Source: Verrucomicrobia bacterium CG1_02_43_26
Lineage (GTDB): Bacteria > Verrucomicrobiota > Verrucomicrobiia > Opitutales > CG1-02-43-26
Direction of reading: 5' to 3'
NCBI GenBank assembly: GCA_001872735.1
Contig: MNWT01000014.1
Location: forward strand, 10,832 to 74,831
Length of the DNA: 64,000 nt
Both the position numbers and the translations under genes were made by a program. The notes below the pieces were generated by a model that was not told the origin of the DNA, did not search any database, and saw nothing but the letters and a program-made list of their open reading frames with translations. Positions 48,132 through 56,818 of this stretch are shown in pieces; within the stretch, counting starts at the first letter, position 1, and each line of letters begins with the position of its first letter.

Positions 48132-50432
48132 ATGGCGAAAGCAAAAGAGACCAAAAAGAAGCAAGTAGTAAAAAAGAAGGCACCTGTGGCAAAAAAGACC
48201 GCAAAGAAGAGTGTCGTGGCGAAGGCAAATACTGCGAAGAAAAAAGTTGCTGTGAAGAAGCCTGTCGCGAAAAAGGTTGCGAGTGTAAAAAAACAGGTTG
48301 TAAAGAAGAGCGCCGTGGCGAAGCCCAAGGCTACGAAGAAAAAAGTTACCGTGAAGAAACCTGTTGCGAAAAAGGCTACCGTGGCAAAGAAAGTTGTGCG
48401 GAGTAAGGCAAAGGAAGTAGCGCGGGATAAGAAGGTGTCTGCGAAGAAGAGTAAAGTTTTGGAGAAAAAAGTTTCTCAATCGAAGAAGGTGGTTGCCAAG
48501 AAAGGCAAGGATACGAAGCCTGTGGTAGCAAAAAAGGTTACTAAGCCTCCGGTGCCAGCGAAGAAAGCTATTCAGGAGAAAGCGCACGATAAAAATAATA
48601 GTGCCAAGATGAAAGAATTTGATAACAAAAAGGCAAGTAAGAAGCCTTTTGTGGCGGCTCCTGTTGAGGAGAAGCAAAAGAAGGGGGATACTAAAGGGTT
48701 GGGTAATAAAGTGACTGCAAAAAAGATTGAAGTTGAGATTGAGGATGCTGAACGTGGTGACGGCGATGACGGTAATGATGGTAAGTTGAATGAGAAGATC
48801 AAGCAGCTGATTAGCCATGCGAAATCCCAGGGGTATTTGACCGTTCAGGATATTAATGAGTCCCTTCCAGAAGGGATTAATAATCCTGAAGAGATTGAGA
48901 ATGTTATTTCTATTTTAGAGAATCTGGAAATTGATATTCTGGATACGGAAGAAATAGAGCATTACAAAGCGCGGATGCAGCAGACTGAAGATAAGATGAT
49001 GAAGTCTGCCCAAGGGGATGTGCTTGATGATCCTGTTCGGATGTATTTGAAACAGATGGGCCAAGTACCTCTATTGACACGTGAGCAGGAGGTCGATATT
49101 TCCAAGCGCATTGAGAAGGCCGATAGTGATGCACAGACAGCTCTGTTTTCCGTGCCCTTGACGGCGAAGTTTCAGATTGAGCTGGCTGAAAAGTTGGCTA
49201 ATCGAGAAGAGCGTTTTGACCGTGTTATTTTAGACAAGAAGATTGATAGCCGAGAGGAGTACTTTGAGACGCTCCCCAAGACGATTGAAGAAGCGAAAGC
49301 TTTGTTGATTAAAACAGACAAAGCATGGAAAGAACTTCAGGCGGCTCCGGTGAAGAGTAAAAAAGCAATTCAGACGCGTTATAATAAATATACAGAACAG
49401 TTAAAAGAAGTCCTCAAGAAATTTTACTTCAAGCTAAAAGTGTTTGAAGAGCATTTGGATAGCCTTGTGCCTGTTGTGCATGAGATTGAAGATGCTTATA
49501 ACAAGATAGCGATCGCAGAGAAATCCTCATCAATTCGCGCGAAGAACATAGACGTTAAAGCCTTGAAAGCTAAATTGAAAGGGTTTGAAGCGGAGTACCA
49601 GATGGATCCCGAAGCGTTTGTGAAGATGATACGTTTTGTGCGCAAGAACCTGGCGGATTCTCACCAAGCAAAGACGGAGATGGTGGAAGCTAATTTGCGC
49701 CTAGTAATTAGTATTGCAAAGAAGTACACGAATCGCGGTTTGTCTTTCCTGGATCTGATTCAGGAAGGTAATATGGGCTTGATGAAAGCGGTGGAGAAGT
49801 TTGAGTATCGCCGTGGGTATAAGTTTTCAACGTATGCTACGTGGTGGATACGCCAAGCGATTACCCGTTCGATTGCAGACCAAGCGCGGACGATTCGTAT
49901 ACCGGTGCATATGATTGAGACGTTGAACAAGGTGATCCAGGTGCAGAAGCAATTGTTGCAGGAATTGGGGCATGAGCCGACTCCTGAAGAAGTAGCGGAA
50001 GAAATGGAAATGCCGGTTGAGAAAGTGCAATCTATCATGAAAATGGCACAACAACCGATATCCCTGCAGAGCCCAGTGGGGGAGAGCGATGATACGAATT
50101 TTGGTGACTTTATTGAAGACAAAGGCGCTGAGAACCCGTATGACATGACCGCCTTCAGTTTGTTGCGCGAGAAGATACTTGATGTGCTTTCCAGCTTGAC
50201 GGAGCGTGAGCGTAAGGTGCTTTCCCTTCGATTTGGTTTAGCGGACGGTTATAGCCGGACGTTGGAAGAAGTCGGACAGCTCTTTAAAGTAACGCGTGAG
50301 CGGATTCGCCAGATTGAGGCCAAGGCTTTGCGTAAGATGCGCCACCCGACCCGTTTGCGCCAATTGCACGGTTTCTTTGAAGGTGATACGGATACCTCTG
50401 GACCTGGCTTTGATGCGTTTTCACAGAGTTAA
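48132..50432 (+). CDS. rpoD: RNA polymerase primary sigma factor RpoD with a long Lys/Ala/Val-rich N-terminal extension
   Basis: Region 1.1 ([14 protein letters not shown]), region 2 ([39 protein letters not shown]) and region 4 ([30 protein letters not shown]), preceded by ~200 aa of KKxVAKK-type repeats. Confidence 0.95.
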   Translation: MAKAKETKKKQVVKKKAPVAKKTAKKSVVAKANTAKKKVAVKKPVAKKVASVKKQVVKKSAVAKPKATKKKVTVKKPVAKKATVAKKVVRSKAKEVARDKKVSAKKSKVLEKKVSQSKKVVAKKGKDTKPVVAKKVTKPPVPAKKAIQEKAHDKNNSAKMKEFDNKKASKKPFVAAPVEEKQKKGDTKGLGNKVTAKKIEVEIEDAERGDGDDGNDGKLNEKIKQLISHAKSQGYLTVQDINESLPEGINNPEEIENVISILENLEIDILDTEEIEHYKARMQQTEDKMMKSAQGDVLDDPVRMYLKQMGQVPLLTREQEVDISKRIEKADSDAQTALFSVPLTAKFQIELAEKLANREERFDRVILDKKIDSREEYFETLPKTIEEAKALLIKTDKAWKELQAAPVKSKKAIQTRYNKYTEQLKEVLKKFYFKLKVFEEHLDSLVPVVHEIEDAYNKIAIAEKSSSIRAKNIDVKALKAKLKGFEAEYQMDPEAFVKMIRFVRKNLADSHQAKTEMVEANLRLVISIAKKYTNRGLSFLDLIQEGNMGLMKAVEKFEYRRGYKFSTYATWWIRQAITRSIADQARTIRIPVHMIETLNKVIQVQKQLLQELGHEPTPEEVAEEMEMPVEKVQSIMKMAQQPISLQSPVGESDDTNFGDFIEDKGAENPYDMTAFSLLREKILDVLSSLTERERKVLSLRFGLADGYSRTLEEVGQLFKVTRERIRQIEAKALRKMRHPTRLRQLHGFFEGDTDTSGPGFDAFSQS

Positions 50433-50438
50433 ACTATT

Positions 50439-50918
50439 ATGAGACGAGCGGCACTGACATTTCTACTGGCTATTATAACCCAGATGGTGTGTGTTAATGC
50501 CGTTATTGCCGGCGAAAGAAAGTATACTGTAGTATTGCATAATGAAACGAGTATACCGCTTTTCCTTCAATTTGTAGATGTGGAAGAAAGCATTGAGACG
50601 GATGGGGCGCATAACAATCTTTATGAGGTTAGCCCCAAAACGGTCTTAACCCTATTTGACGGCGTGACGAAGGCGGAAATTGGTGGCCGCCAGTTGATGC
50701 AATTTGCTAATGTAGTGCCCTATTCGGCACCCGTAGACGAATGCCGGATACTCTTGTTTAATGAAACGAAAGGCAGCCTGATACGCTTTAGATACCTGAG
50801 CCCTGACGGCAAGGAATATCAAGTACAGTTAGCCTACAGAATAGAGAATAAGCGCATCGGAAGCGATGAGCGCGGGGATTACCACAAGACCTATTTTATT
50901 GTCTTTAATATGCTATAG
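50439..50918 (+). CDS. hypothetical secreted protein
   Basis: 159 aa with a signal-like N-terminus, MRRAALTFLLAIITQMVCVNAVIAG. No recognisable motif. Confidence 0.5.
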   Translation: MRRAALTFLLAIITQMVCVNAVIAGERKYTVVLHNETSIPLFLQFVDVEESIETDGAHNNLYEVSPKTVLTLFDGVTKAEIGGRQLMQFANVVPYSAPVDECRILLFNETKGSLIRFRYLSPDGKEYQVQLAYRIENKRIGSDERGDYHKTYFIVFNML

Positions 50919-51039
50919 CGGTGAAGGGGGTTGTTTAAGTTGCAGGAGGAGTGAAGTTTTATTCGAATTGCATGAATTTTTAATAAAAAAACTTGCAAAA
51001 AGATCTTAATGAGGGTAGAATAAAATAAAAAGCGAGGGC

Positions 51040-51663
51040 ATGAGAACACGGGAGAAAGCAGTAGATGAGTTTAGAAAACATTTAAAAGAGGGGTGTGTGT
51101 ATAGGCGTTCTGAAATGAGTTCTTGGTCTAATGCGGTGGATCGTCATTTAGCTTTATTGCAAGAGGATCATACCCTTGAGAAATTATCTGGTGGGCTTTA
51201 TTTTTATCCTAAAAAATCTGTATTTGGTTTAACGAGGCCTTCAGAGGAAGCTGTTGTAATAACCTTTCTTAAGGATGATCGATTTTTGATAACGACACCG
51301 AATCATTACAACGCCCTTGGGGTTGGGACCACACAGTTGTACAATGAAACTGTTGTATACAACCGCAAGCGCCATGGCTTATTCAGATTTGGGAAACGGC
51401 AGTATCGCTTTGTGCGCAAAGATTATTTTCCACTACAGTTAAGCGAAGCGTTTTTGATGGTGGATTTGGTTGATAACCTTAACCAGCTAGCGGAGGAGAA
51501 TAAGAAGGTTATACTTGAACGTGTTGCGGAAAAAGCAAAGGCATTAAATCGCAAGGAACTTTTGGTAGCTGTTAAAGAATATGGTGGTGTGCATTCCAAG
51601 AAGTTTTTTGGCAGCTTATTTAGTAAAGATTTGAAGCATTATGAAAGCCCCGTACTTGCATGA
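51040..51663 (+). CDS. DUF6088/AbiEi-antitoxin-like protein (orphan)
   Basis: 207 aa. The N-terminal winged-helix-like segment ends ...LEKLSGGLYFYPKKS (the G.Y..P pattern of AbiEi/DUF6088), with collinear downstream ALG..T pattern. TTGCAA-N17-TAGAAT promoter upstream. Confidence 0.4.
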   Translation: MRTREKAVDEFRKHLKEGCVYRRSEMSSWSNAVDRHLALLQEDHTLEKLSGGLYFYPKKSVFGLTRPSEEAVVITFLKDDRFLITTPNHYNALGVGTTQLYNETVVYNRKRHGLFRFGKRQYRFVRKDYFPLQLSEAFLMVDLVDNLNQLAEENKKVILERVAEKAKALNRKELLVAVKEYGGVHSKKFFGSLFSKDLKHYESPVLA

Positions 51664-51776
51664 ACATTCGGAGTTTTCGGATACAGGGGTAGGCCGAGCT
51701 TTCGGGAGATATTGAGCCGAATACAGGATAATATCGAAAGGCTGTAATAGAACTGCGAGTCACGAATTTTTTTGTG

Positions 51777-52874
51777 CTACACGTAGAGTATCAGTTTTTC
51801 GTCCTGGTTTTCAGTTTTTTTGATATAATCGGAAAACAAGAATTGAGGCGTTTGGCCATCATTGTTTTTGATGGATTTTATTTTATTCCACTCTTTATTG
51901 CTTAGGCCATATTTGAGTAGCACATTTTTAATAAAGTTTAAACTTTCGTGAGCAAGGTGAAGGGGAGTGTTGCCGAGGGTATCCTTGCATTGAAAGAGTG
52001 CACAGATAGCTGATATTGACATAATATTACTCTTGAGGATTCTTTCGAGAAAGTCTCCTCGGAGTTGGCCTGTTTGAGCGATGAGGTGGATGCCCTTTTG
52101 CTTTTTGTCTTTATCGATGTATAAATCGAAGATGGGCTTTGCGATTTCTTGAATATATTTGAGATTGGAGGAATCTGTTTTTTTTGAGAAGTCTTTTAGG
52201 ATGTAAAACAGACTATTAACATCCCTATTTTTAATGATCTTAGCGAGAATGATCTCGGATGGTGTATTGATGGATGGATAAGTTTTGTTTGTGAAAAATT
52301 CGGATACGTCAAAAAAGATCTTTATTTTTTCGATGGGGAGATTTGCTTTAGGATAGAGCTTGAGAAAAAGATTTATTAACTTTGGAAACTGACGGTTTTC
52401 AACGGCTATATGGAGGGTGGATTTGGGATTTTTTTCTCCCCCCGTTACTTTTAAAAGACAAAATGTGTTGATGAACTTTATGTTTGAGGTGACGAAATCC
52501 ATGCGGGATGGCGTGTAATAGAGTGTCTTAAGTGATTGAATAAGAGAGTTATTTTTTGCAGCTTTCTGTAAGGGATTATCCTTTTCTTGAGAGATGGAAT
52601 TGCCGGAAGAAGAAATCTCAAGAGAGAGCAGAGCATAGATATCTTCATAATAGAAACCCAGGTCATGAAGCGATTGTAGAAAGGTGTGCAAGTAGCCTTT
52701 TCCTGCTTCGACATGCATGAGCTTTATGATTTTTTTAGTGAGCTCTTTATCCTTAAAGATCTCTTCAGGAATTTTTTTACCGGTGAGTTTTTGGAGCGAT
52801 AGTGCATATGAGTTGTTATTGATTACCGTGAAGTTCTTTTTTTCGATTTGCTGCTTGTAGACTTTTTTAATCAT
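51777..52874 (-). CDS. ankyrin-repeat-containing hypothetical protein (AT-rich orphan)
   Basis: 365 aa. Ankyrin-like cores DTLGNTPLHLAHES...LLKYG, NNDGQTPQFL and STLHIAVEN...LINLFL in the C-terminal half. Confidence 0.55.
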   Translation of the reverse strand: MIKKVYKQQIEKKNFTVINNNSYALSLQKLTGKKIPEEIFKDKELTKKIIKLMHVEAGKGYLHTFLQSLHDLGFYYEDIYALLSLEISSSGNSISQEKDNPLQKAAKNNSLIQSLKTLYYTPSRMDFVTSNIKFINTFCLLKVTGGEKNPKSTLHIAVENRQFPKLINLFLKLYPKANLPIEKIKIFFDVSEFFTNKTYPSINTPSEIILAKIIKNRDVNSLFYILKDFSKKTDSSNLKYIQEIAKPIFDLYIDKDKKQKGIHLIAQTGQLRGDFLERILKSNIMSISAICALFQCKDTLGNTPLHLAHESLNFIKNVLLKYGLSNKEWNKIKSIKNNDGQTPQFLFSDYIKKTENQDEKLILYV

Positions 52875-52980
52875 AGGGCTATAGGGGGGTAAATGCGGGT
52901 GGCTTTAATCTATCATGATGGACATATTTTGAGGGAGTTGACAAGCGTGCGTTGTCAAAATAGAATTTGCAGCACGAGAT

Positions 52981-53613
52981 ATGTCGAGCGGCTGGATATT
53001 ACTAAAGTGTTGGGTGATTGGGATAGCGATTGCGGCACCCGTTGGGCCAATCGGGATGTTGTTTATACGCAAGACCCTAGAGCTTGGCGTTGCTGGAATG
53101 GTAGGAGTTGGCTTGGGGGCTGCGATGGCGGACATAGTCTTTTGCATAATTGTGGGAGGAGGGCTAACAACGGTCTCCCTGTTTTTGAACGATTATTCTC
53201 TTTATATAAAGCTTATAGGCGGGCTAATCTTGTTATACTTGGGTTTTAGGGAATGTATTAAGATAGAAAGAGTGTCTGCGGGGGTAGTATCGAGGCGGAA
53301 AGTGATTCTCACTTTAGTGCCCCTGACCTTTGTGTTAACGCTTTCTAACCCGGTTGCGATATTTAGTTTTATAGGTGTGTTTTCAGCGGTTGGGCTAGTG
53401 GGATCCACCTTATGGGATATGGTTTGGATGGTTTTGGGGATATTTCTAGGTTCTCTAAGTTGGTGGGGAATATTGGGCATTATTACCTTTAGTTCGAAAC
53501 GCTTTATGTCACAAAACGCGCTACGAATGATTAAAATTGTGTCTGGGATCGTATTAATCAGCTTTGGGCTGTGGGCAATTGGAACCGTCATTTGGCATAA
53601 AGGAGCATTGTGA
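52981..53613 (+). CDS. LysE/RhtB family amino-acid exporter
   Basis: 210 aa with six hydrophobic segments. The N-terminal IAAPVGPIGMLFI motif is typical of LysE-type translocators. Confidence 0.7.
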   Translation: MSSGWILLKCWVIGIAIAAPVGPIGMLFIRKTLELGVAGMVGVGLGAAMADIVFCIIVGGGLTTVSLFLNDYSLYIKLIGGLILLYLGFRECIKIERVSAGVVSRRKVILTLVPLTFVLTLSNPVAIFSFIGVFSAVGLVGSTLWDMVWMVLGIFLGSLSWWGILGIITFSSKRFMSQNALRMIKIVSGIVLISFGLWAIGTVIWHKGAL

Positions 53614-53698
53614 TGTTGGCTTGTTGTTACAATAGTTGTTATTTGTAAGATTCTCGTGTTTGACAGTTTAGGGGAAATGCGTATAATCAGTATCCCTT

Positions 53699-54883
53699 AT
53701 GCCAGAGTATTCTAATTTTAAGTTTGAAATACAAAACAGAGATAGCGAGAGCAAGGCGCGTTATGGTGTTTTGAAGACACCGCATGGTGATTTAGAGACA
53801 CCGAACTTTATCTTTTGCGCGACCAAAGGGGCGATGAAAAGCGTGACAACGGAGCATCTAAGAGCTGCCGGCGCTGATATTATTCTTTCTAACACCTACC
53901 ACATGTTTGTGCAGCCCGGGCCTGATCTGGTTGCTAAACACGGCGGGTTACATAAGTTTTTGAACTGGGATAAACCCATGTTGACGGACTCTGGCGGCTT
54001 TCAGATATTTAGCTTGGGGCACGGCGGTGTAGCCTCTGAGATTAAAGGCAACCGGCAGTTGACTTCTCAGAAAATGCTCAAAAAAATTGACGAAGACGGC
54101 GCGATCTTTCGTTCCTATGTAGACGGTACGATGCATCGATTGACGCCAGAGCTGTCTATTGATATACAACGTAAGCTTGGCGCGGATATTATTTTAGTAC
54201 TAGATGAGTGTACGCCCTTTCACTCGGATCGTAGATATACGGAACGTTCGATGCAGCGAAGCCATCGTTGGGAGAAAAGAAGTTTGGAAGAATTCATTCG
54301 TGGGGACAATGGTGCGCAGTGCTTGTACGGGATTGTGCAAGGCGGCATTTATCCTGATTTGAGAAAAGAAAGCGCTTCCTTTGTGGCTAGCGAAGATTTT
54401 TTTGGACAAGCTATTGGTGGGAGCCTAGGAGGCGGCAAAGAACAGATGTTTGACGTGGTCTCCTTTACAACGCCATACCTGCACCCGGATCGCCCAATAC
54501 ATTTGCTGGGCATTGGTGGTATTAGAGATATTTGGAATGGGGTGGAACAGGGGATTGATACGTTTGATTGCGTGCACCCGACCCGTTTGGCAAGACATGG
54601 GGGTGCTCTCGTACACCCTGCTATGGGAGAAGGTAAAGAGCATATCAATATTAAGAATGCTCGCTTTAAGGAAGATCTAGGGCCGATCGAAGCTGGGTGT
54701 GATTGTTATTGCTGCCAGAATTTTACACGAGCTTACGTGCATTACCTGTTTCAGGCAAAAGAGCTGATCGGGGGGACGTTGCTGACGATCCATAATATAC
54801 GCTTTATGTGCCGTTTAGCAAAAACGATACGAGAAGCGATTCGCAATGGGGAGTTTCAGGCCGTTAAGAAGACCTGGATGTAG
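53699..54883 (+). CDS. tgt: queuine tRNA-ribosyltransferase
   Basis: TPNFIFCATKGA, LTDSGGFQ, and zinc site CDCYCCQNFTRAYVHYL. 394 aa. Confidence 0.95.
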   Translation: MPEYSNFKFEIQNRDSESKARYGVLKTPHGDLETPNFIFCATKGAMKSVTTEHLRAAGADIILSNTYHMFVQPGPDLVAKHGGLHKFLNWDKPMLTDSGGFQIFSLGHGGVASEIKGNRQLTSQKMLKKIDEDGAIFRSYVDGTMHRLTPELSIDIQRKLGADIILVLDECTPFHSDRRYTERSMQRSHRWEKRSLEEFIRGDNGAQCLYGIVQGGIYPDLRKESASFVASEDFFGQAIGGSLGGGKEQMFDVVSFTTPYLHPDRPIHLLGIGGIRDIWNGVEQGIDTFDCVHPTRLARHGGALVHPAMGEGKEHINIKNARFKEDLGPIEAGCDCYCCQNFTRAYVHYLFQAKELIGGTLLTIHNIRFMCRLAKTIREAIRNGEFQAVKKTWM

Positions 54884-54917
54884 GTTGGCTGAATCGACTG
54901 TATTTAAAATAAAGAAT

Positions 54918-54952
54918 AAAAAAAGCGCCCGAAACTATCGGACGCTTTTTTG
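54918..54952. terminator. bidirectional intrinsic terminator between tgt and rpsA
   Basis: aaaaaAGCGCCCGAaactaTCGGACGCTtttttt. Confidence 0.75.
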
Positions 54953-54984
54953 TTTTATAAAAGAGAACTTGTATCTACAAGAGC

Positions 54985-56652
54985 TTATTCTCCTTGGTTC
55001 TTCTCTACGATATCGAAAGCATCGCTGAGGCTTGTGAGTTCGTCTTGCTTAATTTTGTCATAAGCAACGATTTCACGAGCGAGCTGATCGGTATTGTAAG
55101 AAGCAGCCTTGATGGAGAGGCCGATACGGCGTTCATCTCTGTCGATCTTGATAACACGGGCTGTCACTTCTTGGCCAACGCTGAGAACATCTTTGATCTT
55201 TTCAATGTGTTCTTCACCGATTTGGCTGATGTGGACAAGGCCATCGATATCATTTTTCAATTCAATGAAAGCGCCATAGGCAGTGATCTTAGCGACCTTA
55301 CCGGAAACGATATCACCGACCTTGAAGTTCTTTTCGATGTTTGACCAAGGATCTTCGTGGAGTTGTTTAACACCAAGAGAGATACGTTGTTGAGAAGGAT
55401 CTACGTCTAGGACGATCGCTTCAATTTCGTCACCCTTCTTGAGGACTTCACTTGGATTGTTGATCTTACGAGTCCAGCTCATATCGGAGACGTGGATCAT
55501 ACCATCGATACCTTCTTCGAGTTCAACGAACGCACCGTAGGTAGTTAGGCTGCGGACTTTACCGCGAACACGGGCACCTGCTGGGTAGTTGTGTTTTGCC
55601 ATTTCCCATGGGTTTGTTTCAAGTTGACGGATACCAAGGGAGATCTTTTGCTCATCCTTTTGGATACCGAGGACGACAGCGTCCACTTCGTCACCAATGC
55701 GAAGGACTTCGCTTGGTTTAGTGATGCGCTTTGTCCAGGAAAGTTCTGTAACGTGTACGAGACCCTCAACGCCTTGTTCGAGCTCGATGAACGCGCCATA
55801 AGGAACAAGGTTAACGACTTTACCGTGTACATGCGCACCAATTGGGAATTTCGCTTCGATGTGCTCCCATGGATTGGAAGTGGTTTGTTTAAGACCGAGG
55901 GAAACGCGCTCGCGATCGCGGTCGATTTCGATGATAATGACGTTGATTTCTTCGCCCACCTTAAGCATTTCACTTGGGTGAGAGATACGACCCCAGCTCA
56001 TATCTGTGATATGGAGGAGACCATCGAGGCCATCGAGATCGATAAACGCACCGTAGTCAGTGATGTTCTTAACGGTACCACGGCAAGTTTCACCCACTTT
56101 AACTTCATCGAGAAGCTTACGACGTTTGACCTGACGTTGCTCTTCGATGAGCTCACGACGGGAAACGACGATATTTTTGCGATCAAGATTGATCTTAAGG
56201 ATTTTAAAGTCGTACGTTTGGCCGACGTATTGATCCAGATTCTTGGGAGGTTGGATATCGATTTGAGAAGCAGGAAGGAAAGCGTCTACGCCGATGCTGA
56301 CGATTAAGCCGCCCTTGACCTTGCTTTTAATGCGGCCGGGGATAATGGTACCCTCTTGGCATTTATTAAGGATATTCTCCCAATTCTTTTTCTGTTCTGC
56401 CTTATCGAAAGAAATAACGGGATAACCGTCTTTGTTTTCAATCTTTTCCAAGAACACTTCGACATCGGAACCGATGGATAATTCGCTTGTGTCGATGAAT
56501 TCGTGCGCAGGGATGATACCCTCTGATTTGGCACCGATATCAATAACGACTTCGTTTGGGCGAATTTCTGTGATTGTTCCTTTGATTATGGATCCCTCTT
56601 TTAGGGCTCCGATTCCGCTCTGTTTGAGCAGTTTTTCCATTATAGAACTCAT
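54985..56652 (-). CDS. rpsA: 30S ribosomal protein S1 (six S1 domains)
   Basis: 555 aa with six repeats of the S1 OB-fold pattern (G..V.G.V......GAF(V/I)(E/D)L..G(V/I)(E/D)G(L/M)(V/I)H(V/I)S). Confidence 0.95.
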   Translation of the reverse strand: MSSIMEKLLKQSGIGALKEGSIIKGTITEIRPNEVVIDIGAKSEGIIPAHEFIDTSELSIGSDVEVFLEKIENKDGYPVISFDKAEQKKNWENILNKCQEGTIIPGRIKSKVKGGLIVSIGVDAFLPASQIDIQPPKNLDQYVGQTYDFKILKINLDRKNIVVSRRELIEEQRQVKRRKLLDEVKVGETCRGTVKNITDYGAFIDLDGLDGLLHITDMSWGRISHPSEMLKVGEEINVIIIEIDRDRERVSLGLKQTTSNPWEHIEAKFPIGAHVHGKVVNLVPYGAFIELEQGVEGLVHVTELSWTKRITKPSEVLRIGDEVDAVVLGIQKDEQKISLGIRQLETNPWEMAKHNYPAGARVRGKVRSLTTYGAFVELEEGIDGMIHVSDMSWTRKINNPSEVLKKGDEIEAIVLDVDPSQQRISLGVKQLHEDPWSNIEKNFKVGDIVSGKVAKITAYGAFIELKNDIDGLVHISQIGEEHIEKIKDVLSVGQEVTARVIKIDRDERRIGLSIKAASYNTDQLAREIVAYDKIKQDELTSLSDAFDIVEKNQGE

Positions 56653-56818
56653 ATGGAATTTGGTTAGTAGTTAATGTTCTTTGTTGCGACTCATTTCACC
56701 GTGAAATGAACGAAATTCGATAATGCTTTGGATTTGAGGAAATTACAAGTGAAAAAAGCTGGTGCGTGGGTAGTTTTTTTTGAATAAAAAATGGCTAAAC
56801 TCAGAGGTGAAGTTGCCT

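Noticed and set aside
48093-48818. A 241-aa minus-strand ORF (and 48125-48328) antisense to the 5' part of rpoD.
   Set aside because: This is an artefact of the AAG/AAA/GCN/GTN codon repeats of the Lys-rich extension, whose reverse complement is stop-free and gives F/L/C/R-rich nonsense. The sense frame continues into bona fide sigma-70 regions.
55591-56307. A 238-aa plus-strand ORF antisense to rpsA, and similar antisense ORFs (54994-55344, 58707-59339, 60780-61046) in rpsA and the NSS genes.
   Set aside because: These are opposite-strand shadows of long, strongly supported genes. They have no independent motifs or start signals.
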